This document shows positions 20,013 to 27,634 of a stretch of DNA of 32,000 nucleotides, in pieces. The notes beneath the pieces are model-generated. The model was not told the origin of the DNA and did not search any database. It worked only from the letters and a program-made list of their open reading frames with translations. The stretch's first letter is position 1. Each line of letters opens with the position of its first letter. Position numbers and translations under genes: made by a program. The stretch comes from Dickeya solani IPO 2222 (GTDB lineage: Bacteria > Pseudomonadota > Gammaproteobacteria > Enterobacterales > Enterobacteriaceae), in NCBI RefSeq assembly GCF_001644705.1, contig NZ_CP015137.1, positions 2,250,001 to 2,282,000 on the forward strand, given 5' to 3'.

Positions 20013-20613
20013 ACGCGTCAAGCAGGTGTGGGAGGTTTTTCGGGATCAGCCGTTGTCCGATGCGCTGACCTGCCTGCTACAACCACCGTCGGAAGAGGCG
20101 CAATACGTTCATCCGATTGGCTATCAGATTCAGGAAATCAGCAGCCTGCCTGACGCCGACCAGCCACAGCGCTTGTTTGACCGGGTGCTGAATCACCTCG
20201 GTCTGGATGCGGTGCGCGGTACGGATACGCTGGCGCTGCCGGCCAGTTTCCCGATACTGGTGTGCGCCGCCCGTCTGGGCGTGCTGGCCCGCATGCAGAC
20301 CATGAGTTGGCAGCATCTGTCCAGCCGTAACAGCTTTGGCACCAAAACCACCCGTCATCAGTTGATCAAAGCCAGCTTCGCCGACGTGGCCGGTAAGGCG
20401 GCGTTGCTGCTGGAACAACAGTATCAGCGTTTGCAGGAGGTCGACCTGGCTGGTCTGGAGGACGATCACTACCAGATCACTCAGCTTAATAACGAAGCGG
20501 AAAAGATGATGGGCGGACACGGTTTCCTGCTGGGCAATACCCACAGCCTGTCCTATTTCTCCATGATGCTCTACAGCATCTATGGCAAGGCGAGCTGTCT
20601 GGCGGCGGCCTGA
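20002..20613 (+). CDS. vfmB: Hypothetical protein with no motif I can recognise; translationally coupled to the carrier protein gene
   Basis: 203 aa from ATG 20002 (AGGAGG at 19990-19995). It overlaps the carrier protein stop by 11 nt. Coding-like composition. Symbol by synteny only. Confidence 0.62.
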   Translation: MSVERVKQVWEVFRDQPLSDALTCLLQPPSEEAQYVHPIGYQIQEISSLPDADQPQRLFDRVLNHLGLDAVRGTDTLALPASFPILVCAARLGVLARMQTMSWQHLSSRNSFGTKTTRHQLIKASFADVAGKAALLLEQQYQRLQEVDLAGLEDDHYQITQLNNEAEKMMGGHGFLLGNTHSLSYFSMMLYSIYGKASCLAAA

Positions 20614-20634
20614 ATACGGAAAAGGATAGCGACG

Positions 20635-21990
20635 ATGAGCCTGATCTCGCGTGTGATGTCCAGAGCCGCCCCGGCTGCGAGCGGGGATGTGCGGCAGATC
20701 ATGGCATTGGCCTGGCCGATGATGGTGACTGCGGTAGTGGTGTCGCTGTCTCAGAATATGCAGATTGCGATTCTGGGCAACGGCACCGAAAGTCAGACGC
20801 TGCTGACGCTGTCCTTTTTGCAGCCGTTCAACTTCCTGTTTATCGCCATTCTGGAATGTCTGGCGATCACCAATCAGGTGTTCAGCGCTCGCTCCCGTCA
20901 TGACTGGCCGCGACAGCGCATCTGGCACAGTACGCTGTGGCTCGGGGGCGCCGGCGTGCTGATGACGGCGCTGGCGGCGCTGTTGTGCCGGGTACTGGCA
21001 TTGCCGCTGTCCGGCTGGATGAACAGTCCGGATCTGGCGTGGATGCAGCGCGCCGCGCCCGGGTATCTGCTGTCGATGACGCCGTTTCTGGTGCTGGAAA
21101 TGTGCAACGCGGCGCTGCGTGGGCAGGGGCGAACCGTGCCGGCCATGACGCTAATGTGTGCCTATGTGCTGCTGAACGCCGCGGGCTGTTACCTGGGTTT
21201 TCACGTCTACCAGCTTGGTTTGGATGCCGTGCTGCTGGCAAACAGCGTTCCGGCGCTGGTGCTGCTGCCGTTGGCGGTGCGTGCGCTGCGTCGGATCGCC
21301 ACACCGGTGGCGGATGAACGGCCGCAGGCGTTCGCGCCTCGCCTGCTGGCGTTGCTGACCAACGCCGGGTTGCCGGTATGCTTTTCCATGCTGGTGGTGT
21401 TCGTCAGTTCGATGGTGATTTTTCCACTGGTGGCTGCGCTGGGGGCGGGATTTTTGCCCGCGTTCCTGATCGTGATAAAGCTGCGGGCTTTCTTCATCAT
21501 TCCGGCGGTGGCGACCGGTTCCGCCATCGCTATTCTGCTGAACCAGCGCCTCAAAACCCATGCCGCGCCGCTGCTGGCGAGCCTGCTGAATAATGGCGTG
21601 TGGCTTATCGCGCTGGTCTATCTGGCGTTGACCGTCGGTGTCTGCTGGGTGCGTGACGGTATTCTGGCCGGGTTCTCCAATGACGAGGCGATCCGCCAGT
21701 CTAGCCAGACGCTGCTGTTGCTGTTGCTGCCGACGTTTTTCCTCACCTCGCTGGTGGCGGCGCTGCAAACGCTGCTGGAACAGATGGAACGGGGAAAACG
21801 GGTGCTGGTTTTCACGCTGGTGCTGGAACTGCTGATGGTGGCGGTCGCGCTGATTGCGCATCGTTACTTTAACGATGTGCAGGCGATCGCCGGTCTGATG
21901 GTGGCGTTTAGCCTGCTGTACGCCGCGGTGTTCCTGCGTGAGTACCGGTTGCTGGCCAGCGCGCTGGGAGAACGGGATGCTGCTGTATAG
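20635..21990 (+). CDS. vfmC: MATE/MOP-superfamily efflux protein
   Basis: 451 aa with about 12 hydrophobic segments and a MATE-like N-terminus (RQIMALAWPMMVTAVVVSLSQNMQIAILGN). AAAGGA lies 8 nt upstream of the ATG. Confidence 0.75.
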   Translation: MSLISRVMSRAAPAASGDVRQIMALAWPMMVTAVVVSLSQNMQIAILGNGTESQTLLTLSFLQPFNFLFIAILECLAITNQVFSARSRHDWPRQRIWHSTLWLGGAGVLMTALAALLCRVLALPLSGWMNSPDLAWMQRAAPGYLLSMTPFLVLEMCNAALRGQGRTVPAMTLMCAYVLLNAAGCYLGFHVYQLGLDAVLLANSVPALVLLPLAVRALRRIATPVADERPQAFAPRLLALLTNAGLPVCFSMLVVFVSSMVIFPLVAALGAGFLPAFLIVIKLRAFFIIPAVATGSAIAILLNQRLKTHAAPLLASLLNNGVWLIALVYLALTVGVCWVRDGILAGFSNDEAIRQSSQTLLLLLLPTFFLTSLVAALQTLLEQMERGKRVLVFTLVLELLMVAVALIAHRYFNDVQAIAGLMVAFSLLYAAVFLREYRLLASALGERDAAV

Positions 21991-23065
21991 TCTGTGCTAT
22001 CCCTTGATGTGGTTGGCGACCCTCGTCCAGTACAACTACTACCGCGTACTGGTGAAGTTCAAGCGCCGCCCGTCGCTGCTGCTTAAAGTGCGGATCAAGC
22101 CGGAAACGCATTACATCCGGCTGTGCCGCGCGTTGCGTCTGGCGGATTTGTGGTTGCTGGAGCGCTGTTCTCTGCATCTGGCGGCTCGCTATCTGCTGCA
22201 CCTGTTCGAAACCACGCGTTATATCTCTTACAAGCAGATGGACCACGAATATCTGGCCGGTTTTCGGCAGGAGACGGTCTGTTTTCAGCACCAGAACGTG
22301 TATGTGTTTCGCTGGGTGCCGCCGCCGGCGGGCGCGCCGGCAAAAACCGTCTTGCTGGTGCATGGTTGGGAGGGGCGCGGCATTATGTTCCGGCCGCTGT
22401 GCGAGGCGCTAAAAGCGCAGGGATACGGCGTAGTGATGCCGGATCTGCTGGCGCACGGGTTGTCTGAGGGAAAGCGGGTATCCAACTATGAGCTGGCCAG
22501 TCTGCTTATCCGGCTGGGGCAGCGCTACGGCCCGTTCTGTGCGGTGGTCGGGCATTCCAGCGGCGGTCTGGTGTGTAGCCTGGCGCTGGCGCAGGGACTG
22601 GCGGCGGAGCGGCTGGTGCTGCTGGCCAGTCCGGACAATTTCGGCAAGATGATCGATCGGTTTCTGGCGGGCGCTTCGGTGTCGGCGTCGTTGGCGGCGC
22701 CCATGAAAGCGATTTATGCGCAACGCTTTGGCTTTCATCCCGATCAGGTCGGCGAAGCGCTCTACCGCATGCTCGATTGTCCGGCGCTGATTTGCCACGA
22801 CTGGCAGGATGTTCGTGTCCATCCGGAGGTGGCGGACGAGATCCACCGGGCGTTTGCCCGCAGCGACGTGTTCTATACCCGTGGGCTGGGGCATCTGGGG
22901 ATTTTACGCAGCCCCCAGGTACACCAGCGCATTCTGTCGTTCTTATCTGACGCCGGAGTGGGAACTGAAAGGCAGATACCGCCACTCATTCAGCATTCGA
23001 TCATGCCTGATGACGCGGATCCGCCGCGGTACGGTCCGATACCGGTGGCATCAAAGCGGGCATGA
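21977..23065 (+). CDS. vfmD: Alpha/beta-fold hydrolase (Ser-Asp-His) with an ~110-aa N-terminal extension
   Basis: VLLVHGWEGRG (oxyanion region), nucleophile elbow GHSSGG, and later D (HDWQD) and H (GLGHLG). ATG 21977 (GGAGA upstream) overlaps the MATE gene stop. The track start at 21938 is less likely. Confidence 0.72.
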   Translation: MLLYSLCYPLMWLATLVQYNYYRVLVKFKRRPSLLLKVRIKPETHYIRLCRALRLADLWLLERCSLHLAARYLLHLFETTRYISYKQMDHEYLAGFRQETVCFQHQNVYVFRWVPPPAGAPAKTVLLVHGWEGRGIMFRPLCEALKAQGYGVVMPDLLAHGLSEGKRVSNYELASLLIRLGQRYGPFCAVVGHSSGGLVCSLALAQGLAAERLVLLASPDNFGKMIDRFLAGASVSASLAAPMKAIYAQRFGFHPDQVGEALYRMLDCPALICHDWQDVRVHPEVADEIHRAFARSDVFYTRGLGHLGILRSPQVHQRILSFLSDAGVGTERQIPPLIQHSIMPDDADPPRYGPIPVASKRA

Positions 23066-23096
23066 TATCGCAGTCGGGCGTTGACGCATCAGGCGC

Positions 23097-23119
23097 GCCC
23101 GCCATCGATGACGGCGGGC
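23097..23119. terminator. GC-rich hairpin between the convergent hydrolase and AraC-type genes
   Basis: GCCCGCC, a 9-nt loop, then GGCGGGC: a perfect 7-bp stem with no strong U-tract. Confidence 0.4.
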
Positions 23120-23128
23120 TATCGGCGT

Positions 23129-23692
23129 TTAATTGCAGAGATTCTGGATATTATCCAGCAGTACGTGACGTGAGAACAGGTGGCGCTGTTTGCCGAAAAT
23201 AATATCGAAGCTCATGTTTTGCAGGGTGCGAGGCTGTTCGTTTTCCCGTTCCAGCGAGACCGCTTTGCGATACTTCAGCGGCGGAATGTTGTAGGTCTTG
23301 GTAAAACAACGGGAAAAATGCGGCAGCGAAGAAAAACCGCAGGCGTAGCAAATATCGGTGAGCGACCAATTGGGCGAAATATGAATGATCTCTTTTGCCA
23401 GCGTCAGGCGTACACGCCAAATCCAGCGCATCGGCGTAATGTTATAGACCTGATTGAAAAGACGGCAAATATCAAATTTTGATTTACCGCTGACGTCTTC
23501 AAGATCTTCCAGCGTAATATTGTTACCGATATTGTCGATGATATAGTCAATAATTCCCGCCAGGCTGGTCGCTTTATTATTGGCTGCGAGCGTTTTGCGC
23601 AAATTAGGGTGACGGCGGTACATATCCTGAATCAGATTGTTGTTGAAAATATCGTTATCCAACGTATGGGCGTAAGTGTTCTGTAAGCTCAT
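23129..23692 (-). CDS. vfmE: Small AraC/XylS-family transcriptional regulator
   Basis: 187 aa from the first ATG (23692). The track start at 23743 is TTG. AraC-type double HTH: ITLEDLEDVSGKSKFDICRLFNQVYNITPMRWIWRVRLTLAKEII...SLTDICYACGFSSLPHFSRCFTKTYNIPPLKYRK. There is no large ligand domain. The gene is AT-richer than its neighbours. Confidence 0.8.
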   Translation of the reverse strand: MSLQNTYAHTLDNDIFNNNLIQDMYRRHPNLRKTLAANNKATSLAGIIDYIIDNIGNNITLEDLEDVSGKSKFDICRLFNQVYNITPMRWIWRVRLTLAKEIIHISPNWSLTDICYACGFSSLPHFSRCFTKTYNIPPLKYRKAVSLERENEQPRTLQNMSFDIIFGKQRHLFSRHVLLDNIQNLCN

Positions 23693-23810
23693 GGTGTCAT
23701 CCCAAAAAAATAGATTCCCCGTGTCTGGTCCGGCTAAATCCAAAAATCCTTACAGCGGCGAAGTCAGTGGTTAATTATTGTCCTTTGGTCAGATGTGCGA
23801 TCTGTCTAAC

Positions 23811-23825
23811 GCAAATTGTGTGCCA
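23811..23825 (-). promoter_or_regulatory. Near-consensus sigma54 (-24/-12) promoter directed at the AraC-type gene
   Basis: The minus strand reads aTGGCACacaatTTGCg, an exact match to the TGGCAC-N5-TTGC core. It is about 120 nt upstream of ATG 23692. A sigma54-dependent activator is encoded 4 kb away. Confidence 0.7.
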
Positions 23826-23878
23826 TGTTGTTAATGGTTGTTTTTCAAGGGAAATACTTACACCTACCTGTAACTCAT

Positions 23879-23917
23879 CCCATTAATGGGATTGAGCCGT
23901 GCCAAACATGGGATTTT
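23879..23917 (-). promoter_or_regulatory. Candidate upstream activator sites: 14-bp palindrome plus a second AATCCCAT copy
   Basis: The minus strand reads AAAAATCCCATGTTTGGCACGGCTCAATCCCATTAATGGGA. The AATCCCAT copies are 22 bp apart. The proximal one is part of the perfect palindrome TCCCATTAATGGGA (23879-23892). It lies 55-90 bp upstream of the sigma54 -24 element, the usual position for enhancer-binding-protein sites. Confidence 0.45.
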
Positions 23918-24066
23918 TCGTCTCGCAAATGACAATCTGGATGAGCTACCCTGCCACGAGCCGGGGGGAGCACGCCGTGCCGGTGGGAGGCTGTGACGTC
24001 TGCATCGGCTGCTGGAGGCCGCCGTCAGCCCGACGAGCGGGTCACCGACCGTGATCAGGATGTAAT

Positions 24067-24081
24067 TGGTATGATTTGTGC
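24067..24081 (+). promoter_or_regulatory. Weak candidate sigma54-type promoter facing the ABC-transporter operon
   Basis: TGGTAT-GATTT-GTGC keeps the GG-N10-GC spacing but departs from the consensus at several positions. Confidence 0.22.
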
Positions 24082-24327
24082 TGTTAATTAGAGGACGCGG
24101 GAGGACGCGGAACCGATGTTCGCGAAGATCATGCGCGTGCTGTCTGACGCAGATGAACGGGAAACGGCATGGAGAGCCAGTCAACGCAAGGAAAGGGCGT
24201 CGTCATGGACAGGTGGGGGTATTTTGGACACATTTTTAAAACCAGAGATAAAAGTGAGTGGCCTGCAGCCTGTAAGATACCCTCGGCCTTAGGAAGGCCG
24301 ACTCTATTTATACACTGAGGATTTCCC

Positions 24328-25035
24328 ATGACGGTGCTGGTTCAACTTGATAATGTGCATAAAATCTTTCTTACCGATGAAATTGAAACGCATGCCCTTA
24401 GCAAGATAAACCTTTCTATTCACTCGGGAGAATACGTCTCTATCGCGGGACCGTCCGGCTGTGGGAAATCGACACTGTTGTCCATCATGGGGTTGCTGGA
24501 CACGCCAACGGAAGGGCGTTACCGGCTGAACGGCACGGATGTTGAACGCATCGGCCGTCGGGAGATGGCTCGTCTGCGCAACCGGGAAATCGGCTTTATC
24601 TTTCAGTCGTTTAATCTGATAAGCGACCTGACTATCGCGGAAAACGTTGCGTTGCCGCTCACTTACCGCAATGACCTGTCGCGATCGGAGCAGAAAGCGC
24701 GGGTCGTCCAGGCGTTGGAAAAAGTCAACATGTCGCATCGGGTGCGGCACTACCCGTCACAGCTTTCCGGCGGTCAGCAACAGCGCGTGGCAGTGGCGCG
24801 CGCCATTGTCGGCAAGCCGTCGTTGCTGCTGGCGGACGAACCGACCGGGAATCTGGATTCCGCCAACGCTGAAGCGGTGATGAATATTCTGGATGAGTTA
24901 CATCAGGACGGCGCGACCATCTGCATCGTTACCCACGATCCGCGTTCCGCCATGCGCGCCCAGCGCACCATTGTGCTGTCTGACGGGCAGGTGGTGGCCG
25001 ATGGCGAAAACGGACAATTGCGTCAGGCGGTATAA
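24328..25035 (+). CDS. vfmF: MacB/LolD-type ABC transporter ATP-binding protein
   Basis: 235 aa: Walker A GPSGCGKSTLL, signature LSGGQQQRVAVARA, Walker B LLLADEPTGNLD. GAGG lies 7 nt upstream of the ATG. Confidence 0.88.
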   Translation: MTVLVQLDNVHKIFLTDEIETHALSKINLSIHSGEYVSIAGPSGCGKSTLLSIMGLLDTPTEGRYRLNGTDVERIGRREMARLRNREIGFIFQSFNLISDLTIAENVALPLTYRNDLSRSEQKARVVQALEKVNMSHRVRHYPSQLSGGQQQRVAVARAIVGKPSLLLADEPTGNLDSANAEAVMNILDELHQDGATICIVTHDPRSAMRAQRTIVLSDGQVVADGENGQLRQAV

Positions 25036-25039
25036 CACG

Positions 25040-27475
25040 ATGAATTTATGGTTCGATATCCGTTACGCTCTGCGCCTGCTGCTCAAAAGCCCTGGATTCA
25101 GCGTGCTGACCATTACCGTGATGGCCTGCGGACTGGGGCTGGCGCTGTATATGTATTCCGTCATCAACACCATCATGTACAAAACCCTGCCGTATCCGAA
25201 GGGGGAAGGCATGGTGATGGTGACGCCGAATGTGGGTGGAGTGAGTCTTGATGACTCAGGTTTGAATTTCCTTGATTATACAGAGCTTTCTCGTCAACTG
25301 ACCAAGATAGACGATGTCGGATATTTTTATGCTGAGTATTTGGATCTTAATGATGGAAAAAGATCTGTTAGGTATATAGGTATCCTCAGCACACCCCAGA
25401 TGTTTGATTATACTGGTGTATCACCGTTAATCGGGCGTGTTTTGAATGATAGCGATATGTTGTCTGGGTCAGTACCTGTTACGGTAATTAGTTATGACCT
25501 ATGGGAAAATTACTTTAACGGCAGAAAGGACATTCTTAACCAATCGGTACAGATAAATGGTGTGCGTACTTATATTGTTGGCGTTATGCCTAAAGGTTTT
25601 GCATTTCCATTTTTTCATGACCTGTGGTTGCCATCAAAAATAAAGTTACAATCTTTCTCTCTGAGAAATGAGGCACCAGAGGTTTATGTTTATGCTCATT
25701 TAAATCCTCGATTCTCCCTGGATGAGGCTAATCAGGAAATTGCATCCGTAATGGAACGGCTGGCTGATAAATATCCAGAAAGCAATAAAGGAATTTCAGC
25801 GATAGCACTTTCCTTTCAAGTCAGCTTTATGGGCGATGATACTGCTCAGGTGTTTCTTATTACTCTATCTGCTGTGGCATTTGTTCTATTATTAGCCTGT
25901 TGTAATGTGGGGAATTTGCTTTTATCTCGCTCTCATCAGCGTACGAGAGAGATTGCAGTACGTGTCGCTTTAGGTTCACCCATGATTCGGTTGGTCATGC
26001 AAATGTTATGGGAGAGCTTAATTATATGTATCCTGGCTGGAATTGTCGGGGTATTGCTTGCGGCTTGGGGATTGGATTTAACAAATACGATATTTCCCCG
26101 CTTTGTTCCTAATCGTGTGCCATCCTGGTGGCATTTATCACTTGACGGCAGCATGATCCTGAATGCGGGCATTTTAGTGATTGTCACCGCATTCATTACT
26201 GGTGCATTACCTGCCTGGAAAATTGCTAATGGTCAATTTTTTCAGGCGCTAAGGGATGGCTCCCGTGGTATACCCGGTTATCGAACCAGTAAGGCTGGAC
26301 GTTCATTAGTCATTATTGAGGTGGCACTCTCTTTTTCAATTTTATGCATTAGTATCTTATTGTTAATTTTAGTGACAAAGGCGAAAAATGCAGACTATGG
26401 GGTGGCAACTGATGGCTACCTTATATCTCGCGTCAATCTTAATAAAGATGTTTACCCTAATGTGCAAAGCAGACGTGACTTTTATCTGGAATTATCTAAA
26501 CAATTACATGATATACCCGGCATAACTGCCGAATCGCTTACAACCAGTGCTCCGGGTGAATTCACAGCTGCTCATCAGCTTCTTATTGAAAACAGAGAAG
26601 ATGGAAGTAATGGTGATGAGCATTATCCCATGGTGAATGATGTGCAAGTCATGCCAGGAGGCCTTGCAGGGATGGGCGTCAAAGTGATTTATGGTCGTGA
26701 ATTTTCAGCATTGGATAATGAAAAATCGCCTCCTGCGGCTGTAATCAGCGAATCGCTAGCTAGAAAGTATTGGCCTGATGGAAAAAGTGCAATTGGCAAA
26801 CGCGTCCGTTTTAGAAACGAGGAAGATTCTGGTTGGTATACAATAATCGGTGTTGTAACCCATGTTGTACATGGCAGGCCGTTTAGTGCGTTCAAAAATC
26901 GTTCAACAGTCTATCGTTCACTATTACAACGACCCACGCCCATGATGACTATTATGCTTAAGGCTGAGCATCTTTCTGCTTTGCCTGAGAAGCTCAAAAT
27001 CGCGCTATATAACGTTGATAGTATGATGCCGGTGGCGCCGCCTCAAACGTTAAACAATATGCTTGAAAGAAATACGCTTGGTGTCAGGTTCGTCGCTAAT
27101 TTATTCATGCTGTTTGGGATTATTGCAATAGTGCTCTCATCCAGTGGTATCTATGCCGTGACACAAAATGCAATCAGCCAACGAACCCAAGAAATAGGTA
27201 TCCGGCAGGTACTGGGGGCGACCCCTAGCCATTTACTTAAAATGTTGATGTTACAAGGGGTGAACCAACTTATTGCTGGTTTGATACTGGGATTACCCTT
27301 GGCATTGCTGGCTGCCCCCGGAATTAACCGCGCTTTAGGCGATGGCAGAGGCCATTTTGTGTTGCTGTTTGTCTGCGTCGCTTTATTTCTCATGCTCATC
27401 GTCGCGCTCGCCACCTGGATCCCGTCCCGACGCGTCATCATGATGAAACCGGGTGATGCGATACGTTATGAATAA
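25040..27475 (+). CDS. vfmG: MacB/FtsX-type ABC permease with duplicated FtsX modules
   Basis: 811 aa from ATG 25040, which is 4 nt after the ATPase stop. N-terminal MNLWFDIRYALRLLLKSPGFSVLTI is typical of large duplicated FtsX permeases. There are two FtsX-type segments (IAVRVALGSPMIRLV...; IGIRQVLGATPSHLL...). The track start at 24893 lies inside the ATPase gene and is rejected. Confidence 0.85.
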   Translation: MNLWFDIRYALRLLLKSPGFSVLTITVMACGLGLALYMYSVINTIMYKTLPYPKGEGMVMVTPNVGGVSLDDSGLNFLDYTELSRQLTKIDDVGYFYAEYLDLNDGKRSVRYIGILSTPQMFDYTGVSPLIGRVLNDSDMLSGSVPVTVISYDLWENYFNGRKDILNQSVQINGVRTYIVGVMPKGFAFPFFHDLWLPSKIKLQSFSLRNEAPEVYVYAHLNPRFSLDEANQEIASVMERLADKYPESNKGISAIALSFQVSFMGDDTAQVFLITLSAVAFVLLLACCNVGNLLLSRSHQRTREIAVRVALGSPMIRLVMQMLWESLIICILAGIVGVLLAAWGLDLTNTIFPRFVPNRVPSWWHLSLDGSMILNAGILVIVTAFITGALPAWKIANGQFFQALRDGSRGIPGYRTSKAGRSLVIIEVALSFSILCISILLLILVTKAKNADYGVATDGYLISRVNLNKDVYPNVQSRRDFYLELSKQLHDIPGITAESLTTSAPGEFTAAHQLLIENREDGSNGDEHYPMVNDVQVMPGGLAGMGVKVIYGREFSALDNEKSPPAAVISESLARKYWPDGKSAIGKRVRFRNEEDSGWYTIIGVVTHVVHGRPFSAFKNRSTVYRSLLQRPTPMMTIMLKAEHLSALPEKLKIALYNVDSMMPVAPPQTLNNMLERNTLGVRFVANLFMLFGIIAIVLSSSGIYAVTQNAISQRTQEIGIRQVLGATPSHLLKMLMLQGVNQLIAGLILGLPLALLAAPGINRALGDGRGHFVLLFVCVALFLMLIVALATWIPSRRVIMMKPGDAIRYE

Positions 27476-27634
27476 ACGGGAGCATACCGACTGGCGCTCC
27501 AGTTTCCCGCAACAGAGCCGTTAATAGTTACCACGGATCGATTATGCTGTAAGAGGCGATCGCAGCGGGAGCGCTCCTGCGGCGGTGCCTGTCAGTGTGA
27601 AATTTCAGTATCAACCCGCGTGATAAGGACCCCT

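Noticed and set aside
23941-24054. 37-codon Cys-containing ORF (MSYPATSRGEHAVPVGGCDVCIGCWRPPSARRAGHRP) in the AraC/ABC intergenic region, considered as a possible precursor peptide
   Set aside because: It has no Shine-Dalgarno sequence (GACAATCTGG precedes the ATG) and lies upstream of any candidate rightward promoter. No RiPP-modifying enzyme genes are nearby. It should only be revisited if it is conserved in related genomes.
23864-24329. Minus-strand ORFs 23864..24184 (106 aa) and 24129..24329 (66 aa)
   Set aside because: They lie across the divergent promoter region, overlap the sigma54 promoter and activator-site area, have no RBS, and give implausible R/S/P-rich products.
24893-25039. 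N-terminal extension of the permease ORF (track start 24893); similar upstream extensions occur at xylR (4959), the DJ-1 gene (6866), the carrier protein (19722), the unknown protein (19975), the hydrolase (21938), the regulator (27620) and the kinase (28989)
   Set aside because: These extensions overlap the preceding gene or lack an RBS. Internal ATG codons with good Shine-Dalgarno sequences, and N-termini that match the protein families, are preferred.
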